A program made the position numbers and the translations under genes. This document shows positions 1 to 10,403 of a stretch of 23,373 nucleotides of DNA, one piece after another (the stretch's first letter is position 1; every line of letters starts with the position of its first letter). The stretch comes from Terrimicrobiaceae bacterium (GTDB lineage: Bacteria; Verrucomicrobiota; Verrucomicrobiia; Chthoniobacterales; Terrimicrobiaceae): assembly GCA_041752695.1 (NCBI GenBank), contig JBGSVZ010000057.1, forward strand, positions 1 through 23,373, given 5' to 3'. The notes below the pieces were generated by a model. The model was given only the letters and a program-made list of their open reading frames with translations. It ran no database searches and was not told the DNA's origin.

Positions 1-452
1 CTCTGGGCTTTGCGTTGGCTTTCTTCGTGTGCTCGGGACATGATCGCAATGCTGATGATCATCTCCGTCATGTCTTTTGAGACGGATTGTTCCGAGTAGG
101 TGCGTTCGTCTCCGAGGGTTACAATTTTGATTCCGTGCTCCAGCAGGTTGAGGAAGAGGCGCAACGCTTTGGGCACCGCTGCGCGGCTGAGTCGGTCCAA
201 AGACTCGACAAGAAGGTAGCTGCCCGGTTCGACTTCGCCCGCTTCGACGGCTTTTAGGAATACTCCGAGGGCTCCTTCCGAGAGGTGTTTTTCCTTGTAG
301 GCGGATTTTCCGAAATCGGTGATTCTAACGGAGTCGTCGATTTCGAGATTGTGCTTTTTTGCGTATTGGTCGCTGAGATCAAGTTGGCGTCTGAGACTGT
401 CCCCTTCTGCTTGCTGTGGGGTCGAGAACCGGATATAGGAATAGGCTTTCAT
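1..452 (-). CDS. Serine recombinase, probably large serine integrase type; N-terminal catalytic domain only, runs off the left window edge
   Basis: Manual translation from the ATG at 452: MKAYSYIRFSTPQQAEGDSLRRQ...SYLLVESLDRLSR...IMSRAHEESQRKAQ. It has the Y-x-R-x-S motif (catalytic Ser10), the DRLSR motif and the E-helix. The frame is open to the window edge. Absent from the ORF track because no stop is in the window. Confidence 0.93.
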   Translation of the reverse strand, partial: MKAYSYIRFSTPQQAEGDSLRRQLDLSDQYAKKHNLEIDDSVRITDFGKSAYKEKHLSEGALGVFLKAVEAGEVEPGSYLLVESLDRLSRAAVPKALRLFLNLLEHGIKIVTLGDERTYSEQSVSKDMTEMIISIAIMSRAHEESQRKAQ

Positions 453-474
453 GCGTGGCTTTCGCTTTTTCGCC

Positions 475-522
475 TGTCCGGTTTTCATTCGGACAAGCTA
501 CATGAATACCTTGTTTTTGCAA
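475..522 (-). promoter_or_regulatory. Putative sigma70 promoter of the recombinase, overlapped by an inverted repeat
   Basis: Minus strand TTGCAA (522-517), 16 nt spacer, TAGCTT (500-495). Inverted repeat TGTCCG (475-480) / CGGACA (490-495) over the predicted transcription start. Confidence 0.35.
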
Positions 523-562
523 GTTGATATGTTCGAAAGAGAGTCGGGAAAAAATCCGGCCG

Positions 563-2026
563 CTATTCGCGATCCTCACCCTTGGGTTTCTTGCGGTTCG
601 CCGCGGACGCAGCCTCGGAATGGTTGTCCACCTCGGCTTCCAGCCGCTGAACGATTTCCGGGTGCTGCCCGGCCAGGTTGTTTTTTTCGCCGGGATCCTG
701 CGAAAGATCGAAGAGCACCGACCCCTCCGTGGGCTGCTCCATGTTTCCGCCTTTGCCGATGGGCTTCTTAACGTTCACCAGCTTCCATTTTCCGCGATTG
801 ACCGAGCGATTGGGACCAATGCGTGAGGGATGGGAGCGCTCCGCCAACTCCAAGGTCCCACCGGACTTAACGTGGTCCCACAGGCCGACTCCGCGCATTG
901 GCAGGGGGCCGTTGTGGTCGGGAACTTTTAGTCCTAGGATCTGAAAAACGGTCGGAAGAAAATCCCAGTGGCAGACCAAATCCTTGGAGACCGTGCCCGC
1001 TGGAATGACATCCGGCCACCGCATGATGGCCGGGACACGGATGCCCCCTTCGTAAAGAGTCGCCTTGCCGGCGCGGAAGGGTCCGTTGTCACCCGACACC
1101 GGCCCTTCCGGTGTGTAGTAATAGGAGCGCGTGATCGCGCCGTTGTCGCTGAAGAAGAAGACCAGCGTGTTCTTGGCCAGGCCGTTTTTTTCCAGGGAAT
1201 CCAGCACCGAGCCGATCCGGTCATCCATGTGTTCGACCACCGCGATATAGTCCTGGTCCTGCTCGTCCGTGATGCCTTTAGCGGCAACTTTCTTAAGCCA
1301 ATCCGGCCGGGCCGAGTACTGGGGTTTTTGCTTCGTATAAAGGGGACCGTGGACGGCATTGAAGGCGAGATGGAGGTAAAACGGCTTGGCCTTGTTTTCG
1401 TCAATGAACCGGACCGCCTCGTCGGCCCACAGGTCGGTTGCATGGGTCCACTCTTTGGCGTAGGGCTCCCGTCCGTCGAAAACGTAGGTTTTCGGTTTCT
1501 TGAGAGTTGCATTTCGTTCATCAAGGTAAGCCTTGAAATAAGGGATCGATCCACCATGGTACCCGATCCAGCGGTCAAATCCTCGATCCACCGGATGCGC
1601 TCCAGAAACCTCCCCCATGTGCCATTTACCAAAAGCGCCCGTGGCATACCCCTGTTCTTTCAGAATCTGGGGCAACAATTGGACATCCGGCAGCACACCG
1701 GCTTCCGGGCCCCCCTCCTTGCTGTAGTTCTCCGTCCCCTGTCCGGAGAGAAAAGCCGCCCGGCTCGGTGTGCAGAGCGGATCGACGTGAAAGTTCGTGA
1801 ACTTCAGTCCCGCCGCCGCCAGACGGTCGAGAGACGGCGTGCGGATCCGGCTCTCCGGCCAGAAGGTCTTCGTGTCCCCGTAGCCCATATCGTCGGCGAC
1901 GATCACAACGATGTTGGGTTTCGAGTCGGCTGGCGTCTCGGACGCCGCCAGCGCAGGCCCGGCCAGCAGCAGAAGGCTGAAAATGCGGAGTTTCACGAAC
2001 GAAAGAGCGGGCAAAGAAAGGTGCAC
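563..2026 (-). CDS. S1 formylglycine-dependent sulfatase (Cys-type), secreted; start may be the GTG at 1996
   Basis: Motifs VADDMGYGD, LCTPSRAAFLSG (CxPxR), GKWHMG, SDNG, GKATLYEGGIRVP, LFDLSQDPGEKNNLA. Signal peptide VKLRIFSLLLLAGPALA. Confidence 0.95.
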   Translation of the reverse strand: MHLSLPALSFVKLRIFSLLLLAGPALAASETPADSKPNIVVIVADDMGYGDTKTFWPESRIRTPSLDRLAAAGLKFTNFHVDPLCTPSRAAFLSGQGTENYSKEGGPEAGVLPDVQLLPQILKEQGYATGAFGKWHMGEVSGAHPVDRGFDRWIGYHGGSIPYFKAYLDERNATLKKPKTYVFDGREPYAKEWTHATDLWADEAVRFIDENKAKPFYLHLAFNAVHGPLYTKQKPQYSARPDWLKKVAAKGITDEQDQDYIAVVEHMDDRIGSVLDSLEKNGLAKNTLVFFFSDNGAITRSYYYTPEGPVSGDNGPFRAGKATLYEGGIRVPAIMRWPDVIPAGTVSKDLVCHWDFLPTVFQILGLKVPDHNGPLPMRGVGLWDHVKSGGTLELAERSHPSRIGPNRSVNRGKWKLVNVKKPIGKGGNMEQPTEGSVLFDLSQDPGEKNNLAGQHPEIVQRLEAEVDNHSEAASAANRKKPKGEDRE

Positions 2027-2069
2027 GTGGGAACGGGAGAAGGAGAAGTTTGGGGATAGGACGCGGGAA

Positions 2070-2101
2070 TGGAATTATACCAATATTTTGAGCTGAGTCG
2101 A
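2070..2101 (-). promoter_or_regulatory. Putative promoter (extended -10) and/or operator upstream of sulfatase 1
   Basis: Minus strand TCGACT, 16 nt spacer, TATAAT, preceded by TGG to give a perfect TGnTATAAT. The TGGTATAnnTCCA motif recurs at 7115-7127 and 20374-20386. Confidence 0.55.
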
Positions 2102-2319
2102 GAGGGATTTTTCCAAGGCGCATCCAATCCAACCCGATTTCCGGCGGAGAGTTTCCAGTTTTTTTCGAGAGTTTCGAGCGAGGTTTAGGAGCCACCGTCC
2201 CGATCGTCGGGGAAGCGCGGGGTCCAGATTCCTGACCATCGCCTTGCGAAGAGGCAAAACACCGGCAGGAGGATGCAGGATTTGATCCAAGCCGGATGCC
2301 AAGAACGGCGTCCCTCCAG

Positions 2320-3855
2320 TCATTGCTGTTCCTCCTCGGATTCCTCACTTTTGCCTTTCTTCTTCGCGGCTCCCCTGGGCGCAGGCACTCCCTCCAACTC
2401 CGGGTGATAGGATTCCACCTTGAACCCGGGATTGCGCACGGGCAGAACGGCTTTTGTTTCTGCGAGGAAGTTTTCGATCAATGCGTCCATTGCCTTGACC
2501 CGCTCGGGCTGCGCGGCGGCCAGATCGTTTTTCTCACCCTGATCCTCGCGGAGGTTGAAAAGCATCCAGCGATGCCCACCGTTCTCGCCTTGGTAAAACA
2601 ACCGGATCAGTTTCCAATCGCCTGAAGTGACGGCGACGGAAGGTGGCAGCCAGTCGGGCACTTGGAAGGCATGGGGAAAATAGGTAAAGATGGCTTCGCG
2701 CTCGAGCGATTTGCCTTTAAGCGCTGGGACAATGCTGACGCCGTCAAACTTCTGTCCTGACGATGGTTTCAAGCCCAATAGATCGAGCAGTGTCGGATGG
2801 AAATCGGAGCTCTGAACGACGGCCTCACTGCGCGTCCCCGGGTCAACCACTCCGGGCAGGCTGACGATACATGGAACCCGGATGCCCCCTTCGAAGACGG
2901 TGGCCTTGCCGCCGCGCAAAGGCCGGTTGCTGGTGGGGGGTGTCCCTCGGACATTGTCATACATGTTGCCGCCATTGTCGGAGAGGAAGACGATGATCGT
3001 GCGATCGGTCAGCTTGAGCCGGTCGAGGGTGTCGAGCAACGTGCCGACCGCATCGTCCATGCTCTCGACCATGGCCGCGTAGGTCGGGCTTCGCTGAGCA
3101 TCGGCTGGATCCACCAAGGGGCGGTATTTGCCTATGAGTTCCTCCTTGGCCTTGAAGGGCGCGTGGACGCTGAACATCCAGTAGTTGAGGAAAAACGGCC
3201 GGTCTTTGTTTTTTTCGATGAAGGAAACCGCTTCCTCGGCCATGCGATCTTCGATGTGCTGGTTGGGTTCGTCAGCAACGAAGTTCTTGAATTTCCAAGG
3301 TGCGATATAGCCACCCGTCGGCCCCGGGCCCGGGGTGTGCGGTACATCGACATCAAAGCCCTGTTGCAACGGCGAGTAGGGCTCCGGGCCGAGATGCCAT
3401 TTGCCAAAATGGCCGGTGGCGTAACCGGCATCCTTCAGCGCCTCGCCGAGCGTGTAATAGTCGGTGTTCAAGCGCGTCACCGTTTCCGGAGGAATTGTCT
3501 TCTCGCCTGGCAAAGCCTTGGTTCCCGGGGTCGCCTGGAGCACGGCCTTGGGGAGATGGCAAGACGCCCAGGTGATGCCGATGCGGGCGGGACTCAGACC
3601 GGTCAGGATGCTGGCGCGGGTGGGCGAACATAGCGGACTGGCCGCGTAGGCCCGGGTAAAGGTCATACCGCGCTGGGCCAGTCGCTCGATATTGGGCGTC
3701 TTGTAGAGCTTGGTCTGCCCGTAGGGCGTGGTGTCGGCCCAGCCCAGATCGTCGGCCAGAATGAAGACCACGTTCATCGGCTGCGCGGGCCCTTCGGCGT
3801 AGGCACTAAGAGCCCACATGCTGCTGAGAGTGCAAAGGAATATGTGCTTAATCAT
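2320..3855 (-). CDS. S1 sulfatase (Cys-type), secreted; likely start ATG 3855 (track uses TTG 3870)
   Basis: Motifs [52 protein letters not shown]. Signal peptide [20 protein letters not shown]. Starts 11 nt after the upstream GH106 stop. Confidence 0.95.
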   Translation of the reverse strand: MIKHIFLCTLSSMWALSAYAEGPAQPMNVVFILADDLGWADTTPYGQTKLYKTPNIERLAQRGMTFTRAYAASPLCSPTRASILTGLSPARIGITWASCHLPKAVLQATPGTKALPGEKTIPPETVTRLNTDYYTLGEALKDAGYATGHFGKWHLGPEPYSPLQQGFDVDVPHTPGPGPTGGYIAPWKFKNFVADEPNQHIEDRMAEEAVSFIEKNKDRPFFLNYWMFSVHAPFKAKEELIGKYRPLVDPADAQRSPTYAAMVESMDDAVGTLLDTLDRLKLTDRTIIVFLSDNGGNMYDNVRGTPPTSNRPLRGGKATVFEGGIRVPCIVSLPGVVDPGTRSEAVVQSSDFHPTLLDLLGLKPSSGQKFDGVSIVPALKGKSLEREAIFTYFPHAFQVPDWLPPSVAVTSGDWKLIRLFYQGENGGHRWMLFNLREDQGEKNDLAAAQPERVKAMDALIENFLAETKAVLPVRNPGFKVESYHPELEGVPAPRGAAKKKGKSEESEEEQQ

Positions 3856-3866
3856 AAGATGGCCTT

Positions 3867-6800
3867 TCAAGGCTTCGTTTGCAGCGTGACCGGCCCGAGC
3901 AGCCCCGCAGGCTGCAGCTCTCCTCTATTAGACTTGCCCTCCTTGCCTTCCCTGTCCCCATAAAGCCAAGTGTGCCGCTGTTCCGCCGGAAGGCCTCGAT
4001 CTCCGATCAGCCGGTTGATCCAGTTATTGACGACCGCGATCTCCAGCGTGTTGGTGCCAGTCTTCGCCGCCCCAGCGATATTCAACCGCCATGGCGGGGT
4101 CCAGAGCGTGGCCAGCTCCTGGCCATTCACTCGCACGGTTGCGAGATTCCGGACGTTTCCCAGATCGAGGAAGAGCTGGCCTTTGGCCGCATCGAGATCC
4201 GCCTGCGTAAGCTCGAATGTCGTCCGATAGGTTGCCGTGCCCGAGTAATGCTTGATCCCCTCCTCCGGGCGCTTGGTCCAATCCGTGAGTTCGGCAAAGA
4301 CGGCCTTTTCCGGACCGCCCAGTTTTGGATTGAATGCCACCTCCCACTGATTGCCCAGCGTGGCGAGGGTTTTCAGCGCGGGGAAGTTTTTTGCCGTTCC
4401 TGCCGCCGGGGACCCGGGCTTGCGGAAGACCACGAACCAGGATTGATTCGGAGCGAAGCTGAGCGGAACGATGGTCTGGCCGGCGTCTTCGCTCCATTCC
4501 GGCAACGGGCGGCGTTCCCCACTGACCGCATCCCAAAGCTCCGGCTGACGGCCGGTCACGCGGAACGCGCAGTTCACCTGCTCCGGGTTGTCATTCTGGT
4601 TGGAGACGAAATAAATGTCCGCTTCGTCCGAACGCCGGTGCGTGAAAAGGAAATTCGATTTCCGGGAGGCGTCACGATAGGCGATGTCGGGAGGAATTTT
4701 CAGCGCGGCGAAAACCTCCTCCAACGGCTTGCCCCAGATCACCCGGCCAAGGCCTAACGCATGCTCTCCCGTTGCCGCAACGGTGGTCCCGCCCCAAATT
4801 TCCGCCGCCAGCTTGCGCACGGTTTCGTCGGACGCCGGGAACCCGGTCATGCTGGGCGAGCGGGTGGGCGGAGGTCCAATCACGGTGGCCCCGGCCTTCA
4901 CCAGATCAGCAATCTTCGCCAGCAGTTCCGGCCGCATCGTATCCTGCTTGGGCAGCACCAGCACCCGGTAGCTCACTCCATGAGGCAGAGTCAAGCGGCC
5001 GTCCTTGACGCTGAGATTCTTCTCGATCACCTCCGCGTTGATGAAGTCGTAGTCGAAGCCGGGCGGCAGTTCGGGATCACGGACGCCGGTCATTTTCGGC
5101 GCGTCCTCGCCGATAAAATAGGCCACATCGGCCACGCGCCACCCCTGCTGCAACAACCAGGCGCTGCGGCGGCTGTAGTCCATGTAGGCCTTGCTGCTTT
5201 CGAACCAGGTGTTGTGGCGATTGAACTCCGTGCCCCAGCGATTGATACCCGGGGCCCTTTCGTCCGGCTGATGGACATAGAGATGCAGCACCTGGTGGTT
5301 GACCCCTTCCGAGAACGCCCAGTCGCCCCGCGCTTTCAGATCGCCGGGCGCATTCAGGAAGTTGGAGCTATTGGTGAACGATTCCGCCGAGACGAACGGC
5401 ATGCCGTAGGTATTGGCGCAGGAGACCGCCGCCCTGACTTCGATGGAACCCTTGCTGCCGGAAACCCAGAATTCCCCGCCGATGCGATCCGACTGACTGC
5501 CGTATTTGAGGAACTCGCCGGGGAAACCCCAGTGGCCGTAGTTTTCCAGCCAAAGGCTGAGACCGTTGGCATTGGCCGCCTTGCGCAGGCCGCCTACGTA
5601 TTCGGTGGCGATGTCGTCGGCCACCAGCCGGCGCAAATCCCAGAGGAAGCGCTCGCTCTGCGTGGCGCTGCCGACCAGCCGGCCGCTCAGGACGGGGAGC
5701 CAGGGAAGCGGATCATAGCCAAAGGCTTTCTGAAAGCGCTCCTCCAGGCCATCGGTCCAGTTCTGCGATCCTACCTCATAACTGTCCGCAATCACCCGGG
5801 TGAAGGCCTTGCGGTCGGCCGCCGGCATGCGCTTGACGAGTTGGCCAATGAAGGCGTCGAAATGCTCCTGGGCTAGCTTGGCGCTCATCTTGTCCACCTC
5901 GAGTCCGGTGCCTGCCGCGGCCGCGGGATTGTTCTCGACCCCGGTCGGGGTCATGCCGGTACGTTGGATGATCCACTCGCCCGCCGGCACATCCCAGGTC
6001 AGGGTGCCATCCGGCGCCATCCGGGCGGAAAGGTTCGTGACCGCGGCGGACGGCACGACCAGCGCGGCCTCCTCCGGCTCAGGCTGCGCCGGCCAAAGAT
6101 AGGAACTCCAGCTCGGCAAGGGCGACGCATGCATTTTGCCGAGTTGCTTCTCGATGAAGAACTCAAGCCGGGCGGCTCCGGAGAGATCGATCTCCGCCAG
6201 ATCCATGCCGCCTTTTCCTCCGCCCTTCGAACAGACCAGACGGAAATGGCGGCTGGTCGTCGCAGGAAACGCAACCGTCACCGCGCCTGCCGGCAGGAAT
6301 CCAACCGTGGTTTTGGCACTGGCCCGCTCGTACGAAAACGTCCGCACCCGCTGAAAACCGCCTTTTTCGTCCTGAGCCAGAAGTTCGCACTCCATGTCGA
6401 AGGGAGTTTCCCCCGGGTGCAACGTCAGGCTGCGCGCGGTCAGGGGCTTTTCCAGCTCGATGTCCACGGTCACCTTTTTGCCGTCTGCGCCGAGCGTGCC
6501 CGCCGTGGTGAGGTCACCGTCGATCAATTTGGAGGCATTCTTCACCTCCGGGGCCACGCTGATGCGCGCACCATGGGCGGCCAGGGTGTCCGCTTCCAAC
6601 GGCGGGGCGGGAAAAGCCAGCACCGCAACATCCTGGAACGGCGTCTTGGGCACCGGAAGTTTGCCGACAAAGCGCTGCGGTCCCTTGACCCGGATCTCCG
6701 AACTCGCCAGATAACGCATCGCTTGTTCGGGCTTGATCCAAGGTCCCCCCGACTGGCTGAAGCCCGGACAGTTGAAAATGCCGATATTGACCCCGATCCG

Positions 6801-7115
6801 GCCGCCCTCCCGAATGGCATGCTCAATCATCTCCCACCAGGTGTCGCTGAGAACAACCGCGTCGCCCACCTTGGCACCGAAGGAAATATCTCCGATGATC
6901 GCTTCCCCGATCCCAACCCGCTTCATGGCTTCCAGATCCTTAGTGATGCCTTCTTTGGAAACGAAGCCGTTGATCCAATACCAGTAACACCAGGGTTTGG
7001 TTTGCTCGGGAGGATTCGAAAATCCTTCCTCCAAGGACACGGACGGAGCGGCGAACGCCGCAACAACGCCGAGCATCCAGCAGAAGACGGGGAAGCAAAG
7101 TGGGGATTTAATCAT
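3867..7115 (-). CDS. GH106 alpha-L-rhamnosidase (copy 1) with an F5/8-type (discoidin-like) insert and a C-terminal beta-sandwich
   Basis: Motifs [10 protein letters not shown]...[47 protein letters not shown]-terminal LWTPPWR...GLLGPV. Signal peptide present. Confidence 0.92.
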   Translation of the reverse strand: MIKSPLCFPVFCWMLGVVAAFAAPSVSLEEGFSNPPEQTKPWCYWYWINGFVSKEGITKDLEAMKRVGIGEAIIGDISFGAKVGDAVVLSDTWWEMIEHAIREGGRIGVNIGIFNCPGFSQSGGPWIKPEQAMRYLASSEIRVKGPQRFVGKLPVPKTPFQDVAVLAFPAPPLEADTLAAHGARISVAPEVKNASKLIDGDLTTAGTLGADGKKVTVDIELEKPLTARSLTLHPGETPFDMECELLAQDEKGGFQRVRTFSYERASAKTTVGFLPAGAVTVAFPATTSRHFRLVCSKGGGKGGMDLAEIDLSGAARLEFFIEKQLGKMHASPLPSWSSYLWPAQPEPEEAALVVPSAAVTNLSARMAPDGTLTWDVPAGEWIIQRTGMTPTGVENNPAAAAGTGLEVDKMSAKLAQEHFDAFIGQLVKRMPAADRKAFTRVIADSYEVGSQNWTDGLEERFQKAFGYDPLPWLPVLSGRLVGSATQSERFLWDLRRLVADDIATEYVGGLRKAANANGLSLWLENYGHWGFPGEFLKYGSQSDRIGGEFWVSGSKGSIEVRAAVSCANTYGMPFVSAESFTNSSNFLNAPGDLKARGDWAFSEGVNHQVLHLYVHQPDERAPGINRWGTEFNRHNTWFESSKAYMDYSRRSAWLLQQGWRVADVAYFIGEDAPKMTGVRDPELPPGFDYDFINAEVIEKNLSVKDGRLTLPHGVSYRVLVLPKQDTMRPELLAKIADLVKAGATVIGPPPTRSPSMTGFPASDETVRKLAAEIWGGTTVAATGEHALGLGRVIWGKPLEEVFAALKIPPDIAYRDASRKSNFLFTHRRSDEADIYFVSNQNDNPEQVNCAFRVTGRQPELWDAVSGERRPLPEWSEDAGQTIVPLSFAPNQSWFVVFRKPGSPAAGTAKNFPALKTLATLGNQWEVAFNPKLGGPEKAVFAELTDWTKRPEEGIKHYSGTATYRTTFELTQADLDAAKGQLFLDLGNVRNLATVRVNGQELATLWTPPWRLNIAGAAKTGTNTLEIAVVNNWINRLIGDRGLPAEQRHTWLYGDREGKEGKSNRGELQPAGLLGPVTLQTKP

Positions 7116-7245
7116 GGAACTATACCATTAACCCCGATTTCTGCGGATAGTTCCATCATTTTGGCGCGGTTCCTGTTTGAGATTCTGAGAGGTTGGCGTC
7201 GCGGAGGTGAGACTCAACGAAAATTGGTAAACAGATGGACGGTTC

Positions 7246-7270
7246 TTCATAGTCGTTCCTTTCATAAAAT
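7246..7270. promoter_or_regulatory. Conserved 25-bp intergenic motif, copy A (candidate operator)
   Basis: TTCATAGTCGTTCCTTTCATAAAAT matches 10404-10428 at 19 of 25 positions. Confidence 0.45.
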
Positions 7271-7274
7271 GATT

Positions 7275-10200
7275 TCACTCAACCGGGATGGTCTCCGCCG
7301 TTTGCAACGTCACCGGACCGAGCAGGCCGGATGGCAGCAAGGGATTATCTTTCTCAAATGACCTTACTTCTTTCTTAGATGACGTTTTCAGACTCCAGGT
7401 TTCGAAGGTGAAACGGCCTGCTTTGTACTCTTTACCGTCCAGGAGGCCGGAGGGAAATTGCACGGTCCGCACATTCGCGTCGGCCGGCTGCTGGTCGCCG
7501 ACCAGGCGGTTGATCCAGCGGTTGGCCACTTCGATCTCCAGTTGGTTGTCGCCGGCTTTAAGAACGGCTGTGATATCCACCTGCCACGGCGCACACCACA
7601 CCACCCCGAGGTCTTCGCCGTTGAGCCGGACGCGCGCCATGTCGTGCACGACTCCCAGATCAAGGAAAACCCTTTTTCCCGAAACCTGAGACTTGAAATC
7701 TGAAACCTGAAACGTCTTCCGGTAGGTCGCGAGGCCCGAATAGTATTTGATGCCCGGCTCGGCGCGAGCGGTCCAATCCGTGAGTTCCCCGAACGTCACA
7801 GTCGCCGGCCCGCCCCATTTCGGATCAAACGCGACCTCCCAAGCACCGACCAGTTCCTGCACCTTCGCGAGCGCCGGAAAATTCTCCCCGCCAGTCGCTG
7901 CCGCCGGGTCTTGTCCTCCAAAAATCACGAAAAAACTCTGGAACGGCGCAAACGTCAGCGGCACGGTGGTCAGTCCGTTTTCCTGTTGGTATTGCGACAG
8001 CGCCCGCTGTTCGCCCGTCACCGGATTCCACAATTGCGGCCGCCCCTGTCCCACCCGGAAACGGCAGTCCGCCGCCACGGAATCTCCGCTGCGGTTGGCG
8101 ACGAAATAAATATCCCGGTCGGCGGTGCGGCGATGTCCGTAGCGGACCGGTCCCGTGGAGCTGAAATCCTCCGCCACGCCCAGTGACCGCAGCAAAGCCG
8201 CGGTCGAATCAAAAGATGGATACAAATTCTCTTTGTCCGCCGAAAATTCGCCACCCCAGTGGATGACGCCCTTGCCGTAGCCGCGTTTCGTCGCCGTCGT
8301 CGGCGCGTCCGAACTGCCCCAGAGTTCCCGCGCCAGGGATTGCACTTCCGCATCGCACGCCGGATAGCCGGAGAGGCTCGGCGATTTTTGCGGCGGCTGG
8401 CCGACCACCGTGGCCCCGGCCTTGACCAGCGCGGTGAGCTTGCGCAGAAATTGCGGCGTCATGGTTTCGATCCTGGGCAGCACCAGCAGGCGATAGGATG
8501 TGCCGCCAGGAAAAGTTATCAGGCCATCCTTCACCTCGGCGCGGGCCATCAGTATCTTCGGCGAACAGCCGTCGAACCCGTAACCCTTCTTGTCCGCCAG
8601 AGGGGCCGCACCTTCGAGCGCGTCCGGCGGCGGCACAAAAACCTGCGGTGCCCCTTCCGGTGTGAGGTAGAGCACATCCGAAACCGTCACGCCCTGGCGC
8701 AACATCTCGGAGCAGCGGCTGACGTAACGATGATAGTCCTGAACCAGCGGCCACCACGTCTGCCCGCGATCCCAATGCACGCCAAAAGTCCCGAACGACA
8801 TGCCCGGTTTGTATTCCCCGCCCAACGGCTGATGCGCGAACGTGTGATAGACAAAGCGATTGATGCCCATGGCAAACGCCCAGTCCCCCTGATTCTTCAT
8901 CGCGGTCGGATACTGAAGCCACGCATCCTTCCAGCTTGCCGTGAACGCCTCCGCGGCAACAATCGGTCGCCCCATCACGTGCGCGATCGAAGCCGCCTCG
9001 ACACAGGAATATGCCGTATTTGGTCCATAGCCTGCGCTCCAGAACTCCGCCATCGGAACATCCGCCACCGCTCCCAGATCCAGATCGCCCGCTGGGTTCA
9101 TGTCGTAAGGCTCAATGGAAAGGCCAAGTCCTCTTTTCGCACCCCATTGTTTCACGGCCTCGGCGTGCTGTTCCAAAACCAGTTCTTGTGCCGTCAACCG
9201 AACGTCCCACAGAAAGCGTTCGGATTCTTCCACGCTGCCGATGGCCCGCCCGGTATAGATCGGCAGCAACGGTCGCGCGTCGTAACCTCGCCGGCTTTTG
9301 AATTCTTCCAGAAATTTTCCCGTCCAGTTCTGAGCGCCCATTTCCCAACTGTCGATGTGCAGCGTCGTCAGACCATGCTCCTTGGCGCGCGGGCCGATTT
9401 TTTCGAGCAAGGCGCCAACATAATGATCGAGATGTTTCGTCAGCGCTTGCGCGTCAAACTTGTCGCACTCCAGGCCTACGCCCGGCTCCGGTGCGGGACG
9501 GCTCATCTTTCCGGTACTCTGCCGGCCCATGCGGAGAATCGTCCATTCGCCAGCCGGCACGTCCCAGTTCAACACGCCATTCGCTCCCAACCGCGCCGTC
9601 AGATCCACAACTTCTTCCGCTGAAATAACTGCCTGCTTCCCCGGCTCGGGATGGTTCGCCGAAGTGGGCAAAAATGGTTTCACATTTTTACGCGAGCTAA
9701 ACGGGTGCCGGAGAAACAGCGCTTTTTCATCAATGTCATTTAGAATCGGCTTCCGGCTCGGAAAAGCGAACACCGCAACGTCCTCGTAAAATGGCGGGGA
9801 CGCCTTGCGGATCTGGCGCGGCACGGGCAACGCCGCATGGAAACTCGCCGGCCCGGAGACGTTCACCGCGCTGGAGTCAAGGCGCTGCATGGATTCTTCC
9901 GGTTTTACCCACGGCCCGCCGCTCCCGGACCAGCCGGGGCCGGTTCCCATGGAAATATCCAGTCCCAACCGCTCGGCATCATGCACCGCTTTGGCAAATA
10001 ATTCCTGCCACGGCGCGCTCATGAATTTGACCGGCCCGGGCGGCACGCCAAGGTTCACCTCCAGAAATATCAGATTACCCAGGCCCGCCGCTTTCATGGA
10101 TTCCAGATCGGCGGTCATTTCCGGCCCGCTGAGATTGCCGTCCAGGAAATACCAATACACCCCCGGCCGCGCCGAATCCGGCGGATTGCGGAAACTGCTT

Positions 10201-10286
10201 TCCAGTGGATCGGTTGCCGCGGCGGAGGCGGTGAGCGTGAGACCCAATAGGGACAAACAAGCCGACAGGAATGGCGCTGGCTTCAT
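7275..10286 (-). CDS. GH106 alpha-L-rhamnosidase (copy 2) with no F5/8 insert; likely start ATG 10286
   Basis: Motifs PGVYWYFLDGN...DLESMKAAGLG, SGGPWVKPE, GLECDKF, IDSWE, AEFW, AEAFT, HTFAHQP, SGLLGPV. Signal peptide MKPAPFLSACLSLLGLTLTASA. Confidence 0.92.
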   Translation of the reverse strand: MKPAPFLSACLSLLGLTLTASAAATDPLESSFRNPPDSARPGVYWYFLDGNLSGPEMTADLESMKAAGLGNLIFLEVNLGVPPGPVKFMSAPWQELFAKAVHDAERLGLDISMGTGPGWSGSGGPWVKPEESMQRLDSSAVNVSGPASFHAALPVPRQIRKASPPFYEDVAVFAFPSRKPILNDIDEKALFLRHPFSSRKNVKPFLPTSANHPEPGKQAVISAEEVVDLTARLGANGVLNWDVPAGEWTILRMGRQSTGKMSRPAPEPGVGLECDKFDAQALTKHLDHYVGALLEKIGPRAKEHGLTTLHIDSWEMGAQNWTGKFLEEFKSRRGYDARPLLPIYTGRAIGSVEESERFLWDVRLTAQELVLEQHAEAVKQWGAKRGLGLSIEPYDMNPAGDLDLGAVADVPMAEFWSAGYGPNTAYSCVEAASIAHVMGRPIVAAEAFTASWKDAWLQYPTAMKNQGDWAFAMGINRFVYHTFAHQPLGGEYKPGMSFGTFGVHWDRGQTWWPLVQDYHRYVSRCSEMLRQGVTVSDVLYLTPEGAPQVFVPPPDALEGAAPLADKKGYGFDGCSPKILMARAEVKDGLITFPGGTSYRLLVLPRIETMTPQFLRKLTALVKAGATVVGQPPQKSPSLSGYPACDAEVQSLARELWGSSDAPTTATKRGYGKGVIHWGGEFSADKENLYPSFDSTAALLRSLGVAEDFSSTGPVRYGHRRTADRDIYFVANRSGDSVAADCRFRVGQGRPQLWNPVTGEQRALSQYQQENGLTTVPLTFAPFQSFFVIFGGQDPAAATGGENFPALAKVQELVGAWEVAFDPKWGGPATVTFGELTDWTARAEPGIKYYSGLATYRKTFQVSDFKSQVSGKRVFLDLGVVHDMARVRLNGEDLGVVWCAPWQVDITAVLKAGDNQLEIEVANRWINRLVGDQQPADANVRTVQFPSGLLDGKEYKAGRFTFETWSLKTSSKKEVRSFEKDNPLLPSGLLGPVTLQTAETIPVE
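7680..7714. repeat. Five imperfect 7-bp tandem repeats (TGAAACC-like) inside GH106 copy 2
   Basis: CGAAACC-TGAGACT-TGAAATC-TGAAACC-TGAAACG on the plus strand, encoding FQVSDFKSQVS on the minus strand. Confidence 0.75.
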
Positions 10287-10403
10287 GCGTGTTTTGGCCA
10301 CGAACACCCAAGGTGGCGCCTGCTTCGGAGACTTGCCCCGGGATTTGCAGGATTGGGCCCTTTGGGGCTTCGATTGGCCGCATTTCAGAGGGACCGATGA
10401 TTT

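Noticed and set aside
543..560. Possible terminator after sulfatase 1
   Set aside because: The stem is short and mismatched, and the T-run lies in the loop rather than after the stem.
285..579. Track ORFs 285-527 (+) and 379-579 (-)
   Set aside because: They overlap the serine recombinase frame (452 to <1), which has clear catalytic motifs; these have none.
2274..10354. TGCAGGATT shared at 2274-2282 and 10346-10354
   Set aside because: Only a 9-mer in two copies at very different distances from start codons; cannot be distinguished from chance.
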